A stretch of 64,000 nt of DNA from Clostridiaceae bacterium (GCA_040797845.1 JBFNFA010000002.1:9809-73808), one strand, 5' to 3'. Positions 10,878 to 22,573 are shown, numbered from the stretch's first letter. A program made the numbers and translations. The notes: generated by a model not told the origin, from the sequence alone.

Positions 10878-11630
10878 CTATCTTCTATTTATAACCCTCA
10901 TTTTTATCAAATTATTTCTTTCATTGGGTGTCATTTCATTTATTTTTTTAAACTTATATCCATGGGCTTTTAAATGCTTAATAGTGCTATCTAAAGATTC
11001 TACTGTGGTAGTTTTATAATAACTATCATGCATTAATATTACAGCTAAATTTAAATCTGCGCATTGGTATTTTATATTATTATTTAAAATATTAACTGCA
11101 ACTACTCCACCTTCTGCATCCCCTGAACTAACATTCCAATCTATATAGTCAATACCCTTTGCATTTAATTTATTTCTTATAGTTCTCAACACTTCCGAGT
11201 TAGATACAAGATTATCAGACCCACCTGGCAATCTTGTATAGTTAATTACATCTTCCCCTGTTATGTTTTTTATAGAACTAATACATTTGTTAAGATCATT
11301 AAAATAGCTTTCTGAATTGTTATATATAGTTCCGTAGCTATGTGAATAAGTATGAGGGAGTATGCACATTCCTTCTTTATATAATTTTTTTGCTATATGA
11401 GGATAGCTTTCTACGGAAGTTCCGATTACAAAAAAAGTTGCTTTTACATCATTATCTTTTAGTATTTTTAGTATTTCAGGAGTATTGTTTGGCGAAGGTC
11501 CATCATCAAAAGTTAAAAAAACTACTTTTTCTTTGGTAATATTATGGGCCATTACTTTATTACTACCTATAGTTGAATAGATACTCATTAAAATTAATAC
11601 ACAAATAAGGAAATATTGATTCTTTTTCAC
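10878..11630 (-). CDS. Polysaccharide deacetylase (NodB homology), secreted
   Basis: LTFDDGP, ATFFV, HTYSH, RLPGG, DWNV, ILMHD. Confidence 0.92.
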   Translation of the reverse strand: MKKNQYFLICVLILMSIYSTIGSNKVMAHNITKEKVVFLTFDDGPSPNNTPEILKILKDNDVKATFFVIGTSVESYPHIAKKLYKEGMCILPHTYSHSYGTIYNNSESYFNDLNKCISSIKNITGEDVINYTRLPGGSDNLVSNSEVLRTIRNKLNAKGIDYIDWNVSSGDAEGGVVAVNILNNNIKYQCADLNLAVILMHDSYYKTTTVESLDSTIKHLKAHGYKFKKINEMTPNERNNLIKMRVINRR

Positions 11631-11720
11631 ACTAGCACCTTCTTAAAATATAATCTACCTTTTAATAATAGATTAACCTCTATTTCCTCATTCATGCTTA
11701 GTAATTGAAGGAAATTATTA

Positions 11721-14321
11721 TTATATTCTTTCTATTATAATATTTTCTCCTTTGACATCTACTCCTATTGCATCTCCTGGGATTATATCTCCTTTAATTA
11801 TCTCCTTTGCAATTTGGGTTTCCAAAGTATTTTCAATATATCTTTTTAAAGGTCTTGCCCCATAAATAGAATCATATCCTTCTTCTGCCATAATCTTTTT
11901 AGCTTCATCCGTAACCTTTAAGCTTATATTTCTCTCCTTTAATCTATCTTCTATATTCTCCAAGAATATATCTATAATTTTTGTAATTTCACTATTGGTT
12001 AAAGGCTTAAACATTATTATATCATCAAGTCTATTTAAAAATTCTGGCTTAAATCTATTTCTAAGCTCATTCATAACTCTATTTCTAATAGGTTCTTCTA
12101 TACCTGAATTGCTTTTATTTTCAAGAAGATAGCTGCTTCCAATGTTAGATGTCATTATTATTATACAGTTTTTAAAATCCACTGTTTTTCCTTTATTATC
12201 TGTAAGTCTTCCATCATCTAATATTTGAAGGAATACATTAAATACATCTTCATGAGCTTTTTCAATTTCATCAAATAGAATTACTGAATATGGCTTTCTT
12301 CTTACCGCCTCAGTTAACTGTCCACCTTCTTCATATCCTACATATCCTGGAGGAGCACCAATAAGTCTTGATACAGAGTATTTTTCCATGTACTCAGACA
12401 TATCAATTCTAATTATACTTTCTTCGCTATCAAATAAATTTCTTGCTAAAGTTTTAGCGAGTTCTGTTTTACCTACCCCTGTTGGTCCTAAGAAAATAAA
12501 TGAACCTATTGGTCTTTTCGGATCCTTCATCCCCGCTCTAGCTCTTATTACTGCATTAGATACTGTTCTAACCGCTTCCTCCTGTCCTATTACCCTTTTA
12601 CTTAACTCATCTTCCAGTCTTAATAATTTTTGTTTTTCTCCTTCCATTAGCTTTGATACAGGTATTCCAGTCCATTTTGAAATTATCTGAGTTATTTCAT
12701 TTTCAGTAACTTCTTCTTTTAACATATTTCCTTCTTGATTTTCATTGATTATAGCTTCTTTTTCCTTTATTTCTCTTTCTATTCCAGGTATTACTCCATA
12801 TTTTAATTCAGCCACTTTATTTAAGTCATAGGTTCTTTCCGCTTTTTCTAACTCTCCTCTTACATTATCCATCTTCTCTTTTAAATTTCTTACTGAAGTA
12901 ATTTGTTCTTTTTCTTTTTCATATTTTGCTGTCATTTCTTTATCTTTTTCTTTTAAGTTGCTTAATTCTTTTTCCAATGCATTAAATCTTTCTTGTGAAC
13001 GATGGTCCTTTTCTTTAGATAGGGCTTCTTTTTCTATCTCTAGTTGAAATATTCTTCTTTTTATAATATCTAGTTCTGTTGGAAGACTATCTATTTCTGT
13101 TCTTATCATAGCTCCTGCTTCATCAATTAGGTCTATAGCTTTGTCTGGAAGAAATCTATCTGTAATATATCTTTGAGAAAGCTTTGCAGCCGCTACAATT
13201 GCTGAATCATGAATTCTTATACCATGATGAATTTCAAATCTTTCCTTTAACCCTCTAAGTATAGATATACTGTCTTCTACTGTAGGCTCCTCAACAATAA
13301 CTGGTTGAAATCTCCTCTCTAAAGCTTTGTCTTTTTCAATATACTTTCTATACTCATCAAAGGTAGTTGCACCAATACAATGTAGTTCTCCTCTAGCTAA
13401 CATTGGTTTTATAAGATTCCCAGCATCCATAGCTCCCTCTGTTTTTCCTGCTCCTACTATGGTGTGTATCTCGTCTATAAATAATATTATCTTTCCTTCA
13501 CTGCTTTGAACTTCTTTTAATACTGCCTTTAGTCTTTCTTCAAATTCCCCCCTATATTTAGCTCCTGCAATTAGCGCTCCCATATCTAGTGAGAATATAG
13601 TCTTATTCTTAAGCCCTTCTGGCACGTCTCCTTTTACTATTCTTAATGCTAATCCTTCTACTATGGCAGTTTTACCTACTCCTGCCTCTCCAATAAGTAC
13701 TGGGTTATTTTTTGTTCTTCTAGATAATATCCTAACAACCCTTCTTATTTCCTCATCTCTACCTATGATTGGATCTATTTTATGATTTTTAGCGTCCTCT
13801 GTTAAGTTTCTTCCGTATTTTACTAAAGCTTCATAGGTTCCTTCTGGATCCTGAGTATCAACTCTTTGGTTTCCTCTTACCTGAGATAAGGCGTTTAAAA
13901 AGTCATCTTTATTTATATTAAATTTCTTTAATATTCCTCCCACTATTCCATTTTTGTCAATCTCCATAATAGCAAGGGTAACATGCTCTACGCTAGTGTA
14001 TGAATCCCCAAATTTTTTAGCTATTTCTTCGCCCTTTATAAAAACTTCTTCAAATCTCCTTGTGGCATATACACCACCACTTTGAGCACCTTCACCTAAT
14101 ACCTTAGGCATCTTGTCTAATTCTATATTTATTTCTTCCCTTAGCACTTTGATGTTTACGCCCATTTTTGCAAAAATATTAGGGATAAGTCCATCATCTT
14201 CAGAGTTTAAAGCTGCAAAAAGATGAATTATATCAATCTGTTGATGATTATGTTTTATAGCAATTGATTGTGAATCATTTATAGCCTGCTGGACCTTTAA
14301 TGTTAATTTTTCAATATCCAA
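11721..14321 (-). CDS. clpB: ATP-dependent chaperone ClpB
   Basis: Clp N-domain, GEAGVGKT and GPTGVGKT Walker A, coiled-coil M domain, GARPL; GGAGGTG SD gives TTG start at 14321 (track start 14348). Confidence 0.96.
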   Translation of the reverse strand: MDIEKLTLKVQQAINDSQSIAIKHNHQQIDIIHLFAALNSEDDGLIPNIFAKMGVNIKVLREEINIELDKMPKVLGEGAQSGGVYATRRFEEVFIKGEEIAKKFGDSYTSVEHVTLAIMEIDKNGIVGGILKKFNINKDDFLNALSQVRGNQRVDTQDPEGTYEALVKYGRNLTEDAKNHKIDPIIGRDEEIRRVVRILSRRTKNNPVLIGEAGVGKTAIVEGLALRIVKGDVPEGLKNKTIFSLDMGALIAGAKYRGEFEERLKAVLKEVQSSEGKIILFIDEIHTIVGAGKTEGAMDAGNLIKPMLARGELHCIGATTFDEYRKYIEKDKALERRFQPVIVEEPTVEDSISILRGLKERFEIHHGIRIHDSAIVAAAKLSQRYITDRFLPDKAIDLIDEAGAMIRTEIDSLPTELDIIKRRIFQLEIEKEALSKEKDHRSQERFNALEKELSNLKEKDKEMTAKYEKEKEQITSVRNLKEKMDNVRGELEKAERTYDLNKVAELKYGVIPGIEREIKEKEAIINENQEGNMLKEEVTENEITQIISKWTGIPVSKLMEGEKQKLLRLEDELSKRVIGQEEAVRTVSNAVIRARAGMKDPKRPIGSFIFLGPTGVGKTELAKTLARNLFDSEESIIRIDMSEYMEKYSVSRLIGAPPGYVGYEEGGQLTEAVRRKPYSVILFDEIEKAHEDVFNVFLQILDDGRLTDNKGKTVDFKNCIIIMTSNIGSSYLLENKSNSGIEEPIRNRVMNELRNRFKPEFLNRLDDIIMFKPLTNSEITKIIDIFLENIEDRLKERNISLKVTDEAKKIMAEEGYDSIYGARPLKRYIENTLETQIAKEIIKGDIIPGDAIGVDVKGENIIIERI

Positions 14322-14400
14322 AATAAGCACCTCCATTTTATATTGCATATTTTTTATTTTATATTTTTATTTTGCGACCTTTAAGTTTTAACTGGATTAA

Positions 14401-14562
14401 TCAGGGACGGGTCATGAATTTTCACTAACTATTTAATTATTATTTTGCTCATTTATTTAATTTACTCACTTATATTTTATTGATTTTTTATTAGTTTTCA
14501 TGTCAATTTTCATGACCCGTCCCTGAAATATACTTATATATTCATGACCCGTCCCTGAATAT
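14401..14562. repeat. Cluster of three REP-like copies in the clpB upstream region
   Basis: TCAGGGACGGGTCATGAA (14401-14418) and its exact reverse complement at 14509-14526 and 14541-14558. Confidence 0.9.
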
Positions 14563-14601
14563 TTTCATGTTTTAAACATCTCTATTTTTTTATATAACAT
14601 T

Positions 14602-14618
14602 GGTCAAAGAAAGTCAAA
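14602..14618. promoter_or_regulatory. CtsR operator overlapping a probable sigma-A promoter of clpB
   Basis: GGTCAAA-GAA-AGTCAAA is an exact RGTCAAA-NAN-RGTCAAA match; on the minus strand TTGACT-17-TATAAA overlaps it. Confidence 0.88.
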
Positions 14619-14633
14619 GTCTAATTTACCCTG

Positions 14634-14680
14634 AAAAAATAGAAAACCCTTGCATTTTATAGCATAGGTTTTCTATTTTT
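14634..14680 (-). terminator. Terminator after the XRE-TPR genes
   Basis: AAAAAATAGAAAACC...GGTTTTCTATTTTT inverted repeat with A/T tails. Confidence 0.6.
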
Positions 14681-14713
14681 AGAGTTTTTTATTAATTGCT
14701 TCAAATTTCTCTA

Positions 14714-15964
14714 TTATATAGTTTTACTAATATTTAATGCTAAACTAAAATATTTTATAGACTCATTTATGTTTTTCATTTTATAGTACATATGCCCCAT
14801 TTCCATGTATCTTTCATATACCTGCCTTTTTGCTCCATACTTCATTAAGGCATCTAATGATAAATTCATATACATTTCTTTTGAAGAAAGATCGCCTTTC
14901 TTGCCTAATATAAGAGCTTTTAAGTGATAAGCTTTTTCTATATATCTCATATCTTTTAAATTTATAGCATAGTTTATTGCCTCATCACTTATTTTTTCCG
15001 CTTCTTCAATTATATTGTTATCTATAAGCTCTTCTATACATTTAAGCATATATTTAACTAAAATTTCCTCTTCTTCACTTGGACAATAGGTTAAACCTTT
15101 TCTAATATATTCAACTGCTTTATCCTTTAAATTTAGAGTAAACATAGCTTGAGCATAGTTAAATACAGCGTTAGCTATATTTATCTTATTTTCACCATAT
15201 AATTCATAAGCTTTGTTCTCGTAGTGCTGAAAATCATCTTTATTATTAATTAAAGTTAAGAGTGCCATCATATGAAAGCTTTCTGCTCTCTTTAAGTCAT
15301 CATTAAAAAAAGTTATTAAATCCATAAGTCCTTTAGCTACTTCATAAGCTATGTCATATTGCTTTGCCATTATATAACAATGGCATTCGTTAAATGTTGC
15401 TCTTGTTATAAATTCATTATCCTTTCTTTTTTTAGCCTCTTCTTTCACTGTGTTGTAATACCCTGCTGCCTGCATATATTCCTCGGAACAATAAAAATAT
15501 TTCGCTATATCCATATAGTATATCAATTGATTTTCATCGGATTTTGATTTTAAACAAGTATCGTAATACTTAGACATTAAAACTTGGAGTTTCTCATATC
15601 TTTTCATTTTGATATTGTAAACAAACATCAAATGCATAATTTCAAAGGCTTCTTTATAATATCCATACTCTTCTGCGTAAGATAAATTGTATATAAGTTG
15701 TTCTTGATAGTCGTTTCTATCTAATTTTTTTAGTCTCTCTAAGTTTTTATTAATTTGACTTCTCACATCATCCTTTAAATAATCTATATCTAGATCTAAC
15801 TTCTTTGACAAAAACTTCAATATCCATTCCTCTGGCACAACCTTATCATTTTCTATACAGCTCATTTTGGATACGGAAATTTTATCTTCACATATATATT
15901 TCAGGGTATATCCTTTATATATCCTAGCTCTTCGGATCTTTTCACCAGTAGAAAGTATCTCCAT
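14714..15964 (-). CDS. XRE-HTH + TPR transcriptional regulator (RRNPP-like architecture)
   Basis: GEKIRRARIYKGYTLKYI..ISVSKMSCIEND HTH followed by helical TPR-like repeats. Confidence 0.85.
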   Translation of the reverse strand: MEILSTGEKIRRARIYKGYTLKYICEDKISVSKMSCIENDKVVPEEWILKFLSKKLDLDIDYLKDDVRSQINKNLERLKKLDRNDYQEQLIYNLSYAEEYGYYKEAFEIMHLMFVYNIKMKRYEKLQVLMSKYYDTCLKSKSDENQLIYYMDIAKYFYCSEEYMQAAGYYNTVKEEAKKRKDNEFITRATFNECHCYIMAKQYDIAYEVAKGLMDLITFFNDDLKRAESFHMMALLTLINNKDDFQHYENKAYELYGENKINIANAVFNYAQAMFTLNLKDKAVEYIRKGLTYCPSEEEEILVKYMLKCIEELIDNNIIEEAEKISDEAINYAINLKDMRYIEKAYHLKALILGKKGDLSSKEMYMNLSLDALMKYGAKRQVYERYMEMGHMYYKMKNINESIKYFSLALNISKTI

Positions 15965-15982
15965 AATTCTTCACCTATCCAT

Positions 15983-17287
15983 TTAACACTCTTTTATTAT
16001 TCCTAACTTTTTAAAGACTTCAACTCCATAATTTAAATATTGTACAGCCTCACTTTCTTTACCATAATCTATATAAAATTTTCCTATCATAATTGATATC
16101 TCTGCCGCTTCTTTTAAATAATTTATATTTTTAACAAAGTTTAAAGCCATTAGTAGGGAACTCTCAGCTTCCTTTAAGTCTCCTTGCAACATATGAACTC
16201 TATATTTTAATAAATAGTATTGTATTAATGCACTATTATCTCCATCTTTCATACTTTCTATAATCTCATCTAGGGTTGTCTTAGCATTTTTTACATCTTT
16301 TAGTTTAATGTAATTTTCACATATATTAACTAAAGTTTCAATAAGCTTTGAATCCTTTATATTTCTTCTTATTTCTTTTGCCTTATTTAAATGAATAAAC
16401 GATTCTTCTATATTATCAAATTGATAGAATAACTTTCCTAAATTATTTTCAATTTGAGCAACATAAACTTCATCATTTATTTCTTTATATAAAGCTAGCG
16501 TTTTTTTAGAATATTTTATGGCATTATCTATATCGCCCTTTTTATTATATTGTTCTGATATCATTAATAACGTACTTGCATAAGATTTTTTATCATCAAT
16601 CTGTTTGAACTTTTCCTTTGCTAGAAATGAATAATCTATGGCTTTTCCAACGTTTTCTAAAGCATATTGAACATTTGCCATGCTATAATAAATTTCTCCT
16701 AACAAAAAGTCGTTACCTATATTATTATCAGTATAAACCTTTTCAGCCTGTTGAAAATAGCTTGCTGAAGAGTGATATGCTTTTAGTTTTAAAGTTATCT
16801 TACCTAAATTTACAAAGGTATTTATTATTTCTTCATACCTATTTTCTTTTATAAAAATTACATTAGCAGATAAGAAAAATTGTTGAGCTATGGTCATTTC
16901 ACCTTTATTCATGTATATTGATGCTCTTAGATAAGAGATTCTAGCCTTTCTATAATCTAAATTATATTTTTCCGCGTAAAAAAAGGCCTGTTCAATATAT
17001 TGTTCTCCTAAGCAAAAATCCTTATTTAATATGTGTGATTCAGCTATGTTCTCATAATAGGTGCATATTTTTTCTGCTTGCGTCTCTTCAGATTCCATTA
17101 AATACTCTACTGTAGTATTTAAGGCCACAGCTAAATACTCTAGTAAATCCATACTAGGATTAGATTTACCTGATTCTACAAGACTTATTTGGCCCGGAGT
17201 AATCCTATCACCTGCTAAATCTTTTAAAGTCATATTCAGTTCTTTTCTTGTTCTTTTAATTTTTTCACCTAGTGACAATATTTCCAT
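15983..17287 (-). CDS. XRE-HTH + TPR transcriptional regulator (RRNPP-like architecture)
   Basis: GEKIKRTRKELNMTLKDLA..ITPGQISLVESGKSNPS HTH plus TPR repeats. Confidence 0.88.
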   Translation of the reverse strand: MEILSLGEKIKRTRKELNMTLKDLAGDRITPGQISLVESGKSNPSMDLLEYLAVALNTTVEYLMESEETQAEKICTYYENIAESHILNKDFCLGEQYIEQAFFYAEKYNLDYRKARISYLRASIYMNKGEMTIAQQFFLSANVIFIKENRYEEIINTFVNLGKITLKLKAYHSSASYFQQAEKVYTDNNIGNDFLLGEIYYSMANVQYALENVGKAIDYSFLAKEKFKQIDDKKSYASTLLMISEQYNKKGDIDNAIKYSKKTLALYKEINDEVYVAQIENNLGKLFYQFDNIEESFIHLNKAKEIRRNIKDSKLIETLVNICENYIKLKDVKNAKTTLDEIIESMKDGDNSALIQYYLLKYRVHMLQGDLKEAESSLLMALNFVKNINYLKEAAEISIMIGKFYIDYGKESEAVQYLNYGVEVFKKLGIIKEC

Positions 17288-17497
17288 AGTCCACTCTTCC
17301 TTTACTTGAAAATTTATATTAATTACATTTAATCTATTACAAATACTAGTATATTATAACATATTTTAACGATGTATAATTGAAATAAATGAAAATTATA
17401 AGAAAATTATATAAATACATATAACTTTCTTACTTTTTTTATTGTTATTGTCATTATAAAACAAATTTATGATTTTTATGTAAAAATAAAGAACACT

Positions 17498-17529
17498 AAA
17501 AAGGGAAGTAATTTCTTCACTTCCCTTTT
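17498..17529 (-). terminator. Terminator after the small YtxH-like ORF
   Basis: AAAAGGGAAGT...ACTTCCCTTTT. Confidence 0.6.
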
Positions 17530-17535
17530 AATACG

Positions 17536-17700
17536 TTATTTCATCCATCTCATCATTCCTGCATAAGCTTCTTCTGCACTGTTTCTTATATATCTATTAG
17601 CCCTTCTCATTTTTCTTTTTGTGTTTCTGTCCATATCGGGCATTAATAGCATTGTCGCAGCTGCTCCAAGTACCATTCCTGTTATAATTCTATTACGCAT
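17536..17700 (-). CDS. 54-aa YtxH-like small protein (absent from the ORF track)
   Basis: AGGAGAGGTG SD; MRNRIITGMVLGAAATMLLMPDMDRNTKRKMRRANRYIRNSAEEAYAGMMRWMK; hydrophobic GxxLGAA segment then basic helix; own terminator. Confidence 0.75.
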   Translation of the reverse strand: MRNRIITGMVLGAAATMLLMPDMDRNTKRKMRRANRYIRNSAEEAYAGMMRWMK

Positions 17701-17795
17701 AATCCATCACCTCTCCTATATAGAATACAATAATAGATTATGCAATTTATAATTTTTTAATCTATTAATTTGATGGAATTTATTTCATATAAAAT

Positions 17796-18254
17796 TTAAA
17801 TTTCGTTTTTTAACATTTCATCCATGGCTTCATTAGCCAGTTTATCGCATCTATTGTTATACTCATTATCAGAGTGACCTTTCACTTTAATAAACTTTAC
17901 ATGGTGATAGTCCAATAATTCTATTAACTTCTCCCATAATTCTCTATTTTTTACGGGTTCTTTTGAAGAAGTCCTCCATCCATTTTTAAGCCAAGAATCA
18001 ATCCACTTATTATTTATCGCATTTACCACATAAGCAGAATCGCTATAAAGCTGGACTTCACAAGGCTCTTTAAGCATATTTAGAGCTTCTATAACAGCCG
18101 TTAATTCCATAATATTATTTGTAGTATTTTTTACTGCCTTTTTTACCTCTCTTTTATGCTCATTGTACATAAGAACTATGCCATATGCACCGATAGTGTT
18201 CTCTTTTCCGTTACCTCTACAAGCCCCATCAGTGTATATCGTAATTTTTTTCAT
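17796..18254 (-). CDS. rnhA: Ribonuclease HI
   Basis: [42 protein letters not shown]. Confidence 0.96.
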   Translation of the reverse strand: MKKITIYTDGACRGNGKENTIGAYGIVLMYNEHKREVKKAVKNTTNNIMELTAVIEALNMLKEPCEVQLYSDSAYVVNAINNKWIDSWLKNGWRTSSKEPVKNRELWEKLIELLDYHHVKFIKVKGHSDNEYNNRCDKLANEAMDEMLKNEI

Positions 18255-18310
18255 TAAAACTTTTTCCTCCCTTTAGCTATCTATTTACTTAATACCCTAA
18301 AAGCATATTT

Positions 18311-19300
18311 TTATACACTTAAATTTTCTTTAACTTCTTCTTGTTCTACTTCTCTTGAATTCATTTTGCTGATATCTTTATTAAATCCCTTCACTGTACC
18401 TATTAATCTTGTTACATTATCAGTGCCCACCAAAGCAGATATATATTTAGTACCTTCTTTTATAGTTATTATTATATCTTTATCTCCTTGCCAATTCTGA
18501 AGAATAATTTCTTCTGGTATATCATTTAGTAGAGAATTCAGACCATAAAAAGCTATTGCTATATCATCTATTTTACCTATTAATGGTATAAAGTCCGGTA
18601 AAATATCAAATGGTAATGCTAAATATGAAATAGTTCCAGCAACTTTAGCCTTGGTGACAGTGCTAACTCTTTTGTCCCTTAACAATCTCCAAAGTAGTGC
18701 TACAATATCAGGTATAATCATTCCATATTCTATAATTTTCTCATACTTATCTGGAATCCTTTGTTCAACTTCGTTTCTAATTTCAGTATAGCAATCATCT
18801 TGAGGAATATAATCCTCATTTTCTTCTTTTTTTTCAAATTTTAAAGTTTCTTTATCTTGAGTGTACACTATATTCTCTATTTCTGCTTCTAGAGAACCCT
18901 CAAACAAAGTTACAGATTTTAAATCGAAATTAATATATGGCACTAGTTTTGCTATTGTATTAATATCTACTGATAAAGTTTCTTTTCCCGCTTTAACTCC
19001 ATACTCTTCAAAATCTTTTAATACCTTGTTTAACGCAAAGTTTTTAATCCCATTTATTATGCCTATCTTAGCTACCTTTACTTTTAATATGCTTACATTC
19101 AGTAAATTATCTTTTATACTTCCAATAGCTAAATTTGCTGAAAAGGGAATATTAACTACCTTTTTATAGCTTCCTTCTACAGTTATAAATTCATTTATTG
19201 ATACTTTATTAAACTCTAATCCTTCAACCTTAATAAATTCTTTTAATGCTCCTAAAATATCTTCTTCTTTTATTAAAGCTTTTACTGATGAAATTTTCAT
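18311..19300 (-). CDS. DUF1232 (YkvA) domain protein with N-terminal extension
   Basis: C-terminal YLALPFDILPDFIPLIGKIDD. Confidence 0.8.
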   Translation of the reverse strand: MKISSVKALIKEEDILGALKEFIKVEGLEFNKVSINEFITVEGSYKKVVNIPFSANLAIGSIKDNLLNVSILKVKVAKIGIINGIKNFALNKVLKDFEEYGVKAGKETLSVDINTIAKLVPYINFDLKSVTLFEGSLEAEIENIVYTQDKETLKFEKKEENEDYIPQDDCYTEIRNEVEQRIPDKYEKIIEYGMIIPDIVALLWRLLRDKRVSTVTKAKVAGTISYLALPFDILPDFIPLIGKIDDIAIAFYGLNSLLNDIPEEIILQNWQGDKDIIITIKEGTKYISALVGTDNVTRLIGTVKGFNKDISKMNSREVEQEEVKENLSV

Positions 19301-19539
19301 ATTATCCCCCCGCTTTTAAATATAAGGGGTGTTCCCCCTAGCTTTATTTACATATTATTCAATAGTATTTATATATTAAAGTATACAGCAAAAATTAATT
19401 TCTGCAATAATATACATAATTTACTATAGAAAATTTTATGATTTTCATTGGACTATTATATAAAAATATTATAATATATTGCTGAAATGAGGATTATGTC
19501 GAATTTCGCTATATATTTTTATCTAAAGGAGGTATATAG

Positions 19540-21294
19540 ATGAGCAAAATTAAGCAAAAGCATATATATATTCCTATAATTACAGCGGTTATATCCTTAA
19601 TGTTATTAGTAGGAGTAAACTTCATTTTTAAATCTACAGGTAATAAAAGTTATACAGAATTTTTAGCAGATCTATCAAATAAAAAAGTATCTACAGTATA
19701 TCTTACAAATACACCTACCATTAAAATTAAGCTAACAGATGGTAAAATATATGAAACAGATAATCCTAGAATGGATAACTTTAAGGAAACTATGTTAAAG
19801 TCAGGAGTGAAGGTTTCGGAAAACGCACCTTCAAACACTGTTAATATTGTTTTTACGTCAGCCTTTATGATTTCAATAATTTCATTGATAGTTGGATTGG
19901 TTAAATCATCAAATATAGCTTCACGAGGAATGCTATCCGTAGATTCTCTAGACACTTCTGCTACAGAAGATATACCTTTTAATTTTAATAATGTAGCTGG
20001 TAATGAAGAGGCGAAAGAAAGTGTTATGGATGTAGTAGATTTTATAAAAAACCCCGAAAAATATAGTTCCTATGGTGCAAGAATGCCTAGAGGGGTCATA
20101 TTATATGGCGAACCTGGTACTGGAAAAACTCTTTTAGCTAAAGCTGTAGCTGGTGAAGCTAATGTTCCTTTCTATGCCATGTCAGGTTCAGATTTCGTAC
20201 AAGTTTATGTAGGGGTTGGTGCTAGTAGAATAAGACAGCTATTTAAAAAGGCAAGAGGTCACGGAAAAGCTGTTATCTTTATAGATGAAATTGATGCCAT
20301 AGGTAAAAAAAGAGATAATTCAAAAAATGGTGGATCTGATGAGAGAGATCAAACTTTAAATGCCCTATTAACTGAAATGTCAGGTTTTAATGAAAAAGAA
20401 GGGATAATAATTATGGCAGCAACGAATAGATTAGACATGCTAGATGAAGCCTTATTAAGACCAGGTAGATTTGATAGACATATTGAAGTGTCACTGCCAG
20501 ACTTAAGTGCTAGAAAAAAGATTTTATCACTTCATTTAAAAAATAAACCAACAAATAATATAGATATTGAAAACTGGTCACATAAAACTGCTTATTTCTC
20601 AGGTGCTAAACTAGAGAGTCTTGTAAATGAAGCTGCTATAATTGCTTGTAAAGAAAATAGTTCCTTTATTGAAAATTCACATTTAGATAAAGCTTATTCA
20701 ATAGTTATGGCAGGATATGAGAAACAAAATAGGGATTATATAAAGGAAAAAGATAGAGAGATAACAGCTTATCATGAAGCGGGACATGCCTTGGTATCAC
20801 TTAAAGCTCTTCCTAATGAAAGAGTTGATAAAGTAACAATTATTCCAAGTACTAAAGGAGCAGGTGGGTACACTATAAGTATACCTGAAGATAGCATGTA
20901 CCAAAGCAAAGACTATTTAGAAAAAAGAATTATGGTACTGCTAGGTGGAAGAGCTGCCGAAGATTTGAAGTTTGGACAAAACTCAATAACTACTGGTGCG
21001 CATAGTGACTTAAAACAATGTACTAATATAGCCTTCCACATGGTAACACAATACGGAATGGGAGAAACTTTAGGTTTACTAAATATGCAACAGCTAATGG
21101 ATCTTAATATAAATCAAGATAAAATAATACTTGAATGCAAAAATCTTGTAGACAGGTTATATGAAGAAACAAAAGAGCTTTTAGCTAAAGAAATATCCTC
21201 TCTAGAAGAAATATCTACAAAACTTCTAGACAAAGAAACCCTACACCATGATGAATTAATGAGGATAGTTCACACATTTTCACCTCTAAACTAA
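19540..21294 (+). CDS. FtsH-family ATP-dependent zinc metalloprotease (paralogue)
   Basis: Two TMs, [26 protein letters not shown]. Confidence 0.92.
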   Translation: MSKIKQKHIYIPIITAVISLMLLVGVNFIFKSTGNKSYTEFLADLSNKKVSTVYLTNTPTIKIKLTDGKIYETDNPRMDNFKETMLKSGVKVSENAPSNTVNIVFTSAFMISIISLIVGLVKSSNIASRGMLSVDSLDTSATEDIPFNFNNVAGNEEAKESVMDVVDFIKNPEKYSSYGARMPRGVILYGEPGTGKTLLAKAVAGEANVPFYAMSGSDFVQVYVGVGASRIRQLFKKARGHGKAVIFIDEIDAIGKKRDNSKNGGSDERDQTLNALLTEMSGFNEKEGIIIMAATNRLDMLDEALLRPGRFDRHIEVSLPDLSARKKILSLHLKNKPTNNIDIENWSHKTAYFSGAKLESLVNEAAIIACKENSSFIENSHLDKAYSIVMAGYEKQNRDYIKEKDREITAYHEAGHALVSLKALPNERVDKVTIIPSTKGAGGYTISIPEDSMYQSKDYLEKRIMVLLGGRAAEDLKFGQNSITTGAHSDLKQCTNIAFHMVTQYGMGETLGLLNMQQLMDLNINQDKIILECKNLVDRLYEETKELLAKEISSLEEISTKLLDKETLHHDELMRIVHTFSPLN

Positions 21295-21316
21295 TGAAAT
21301 ATACGAGGAAGTATGC

Positions 21317-21402
21317 GGGGACAGTTCACTCATTTTTAACTAAGTTCAATAAAATAAACAGAGAAAAAACAGGGGATTTGAATGAACCGTCCCCTGTTTT
21401 TT
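21317..21402. repeat. Two REP-like cores; the second sits in a bidirectional terminator-like hairpin
   Basis: GGGGACAGTTCA (21317-21328); AAAAAACAGGGGA...TGAACCGTCCCCTGTTTTTT (about 21364-21402) between convergent ftsH and rhomboid. Confidence 0.8.
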
Positions 21403-22462
21403 ACTTTTCTATGCTTCCTATAAATATAAATGATATGATTAAACCACCAATTAGCCCGCCAATGTGGCCTAAGTTATCTACATTTGCTATTGAAAATCCA
21501 ATAATTAAGTTTATAAATATAACTGACATTATATTGTTTATAAACCCTCTACCAATCCTATCTTTATACTTCAATGCCATTACAGCGCAAGCTCCAAGCA
21601 ATCCAAAAATTGAACCTGATGCTCCAATTGATATACTTGGTGAAAACATATACGAAAAAGTAGATGAAACTATACCTGACACTAGATATATGAATGCATA
21701 TTTCCATTTACCGTACACTTTCTCTACAAAGGGCCCTATTGAATACAAAGCATACATATTAAATCCTAAATGCACTATTCCCCCATGAAGAAAAGTACAT
21801 GTCAGTAATCTATAGTACTGCCCTCTATCAATTAAAGGATTGAACTTTGCACCTAAAAATACTAACACATTAACATTGCTATCTATTAAATTTCCTGATA
21901 AAAAAGCTGTTATTATATACATAAATATGTTAATTCCTATAAATATATATGTGATTGTAGCTTTTTCTAAACCTCTTTTTCTATTCACATTATTGCTGCT
22001 ATTATTTGCTTTAACATTTATATAATATGATATTAGATTAATGAGCTCTTCATTATCTCTTGTATAATAAAATATTCTATCTGCATTTTCATTTAATATA
22101 ACACAAGATTTATCTATATTATAAGAATTATATGTTGAACTATACTGAGAAGATTCATTATTAATCTGGTTAATATAGTTTTCAACCCATTGATAATCGT
22201 CGGTAAAGAATATTTTAGTCATAGTTACATTACTAATATTTAAATTATCCTGTAAATCCCTTATGATCCATTGATCATTTTTATTATCATAGTATTCATA
22301 ACATAATAAAATAACTTTATGATTATATTCATCTATTTCTTTTACTAATATCCATTTACTCATAATTCCTGAGTAATCTATATTTAGTTCTTGTATAGAG
22401 TAGCCTAGATTTTTTACACATCCCTCTAATACAAGATTTATAAATTTATCTCTATCCTTCAT
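21401..22462 (-). CDS. Rhomboid intramembrane serine protease
   Basis: YRLLTCTFLHGG..HL.FN, GASG, NLGHIGGLIGG. Confidence 0.92.
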   Translation of the reverse strand: MKDRDKFINLVLEGCVKNLGYSIQELNIDYSGIMSKWILVKEIDEYNHKVILLCYEYYDNKNDQWIIRDLQDNLNISNVTMTKIFFTDDYQWVENYINQINNESSQYSSTYNSYNIDKSCVILNENADRIFYYTRDNEELINLISYYINVKANNSSNNVNRKRGLEKATITYIFIGINIFMYIITAFLSGNLIDSNVNVLVFLGAKFNPLIDRGQYYRLLTCTFLHGGIVHLGFNMYALYSIGPFVEKVYGKWKYAFIYLVSGIVSSTFSYMFSPSISIGASGSIFGLLGACAVMALKYKDRIGRGFINNIMSVIFINLIIGFSIANVDNLGHIGGLIGGLIISFIFIGSIEK

Positions 22463-22573
22463 TTCTATTAATCTCCCTTTTCAAACAGTAGTGTTGATAA
22501 AACTAATATATACTATTATATATTAATTTTATCAACATTACCTTTATAAACTGAAAATTTATTTTAGTTGAAT

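Noticed and set aside
17536-17700. Small ORF as the quorum-sensing propeptide of the XRE-TPR pair
   Set aside because: It has a YtxH-like pattern with a long basic tail and its own terminator, unlike RRNPP propeptides.
19497-19503. Spo0A boxes TGTCGAA (also 45896-45902)
   Set aside because: Single 7-mers; several are expected by chance in 64 kb, so they cannot be supported alone.
21294-21788. 164-aa plus-strand ORF
   Set aside because: Antisense shadow of the rhomboid gene; crosses the terminator; no SD.
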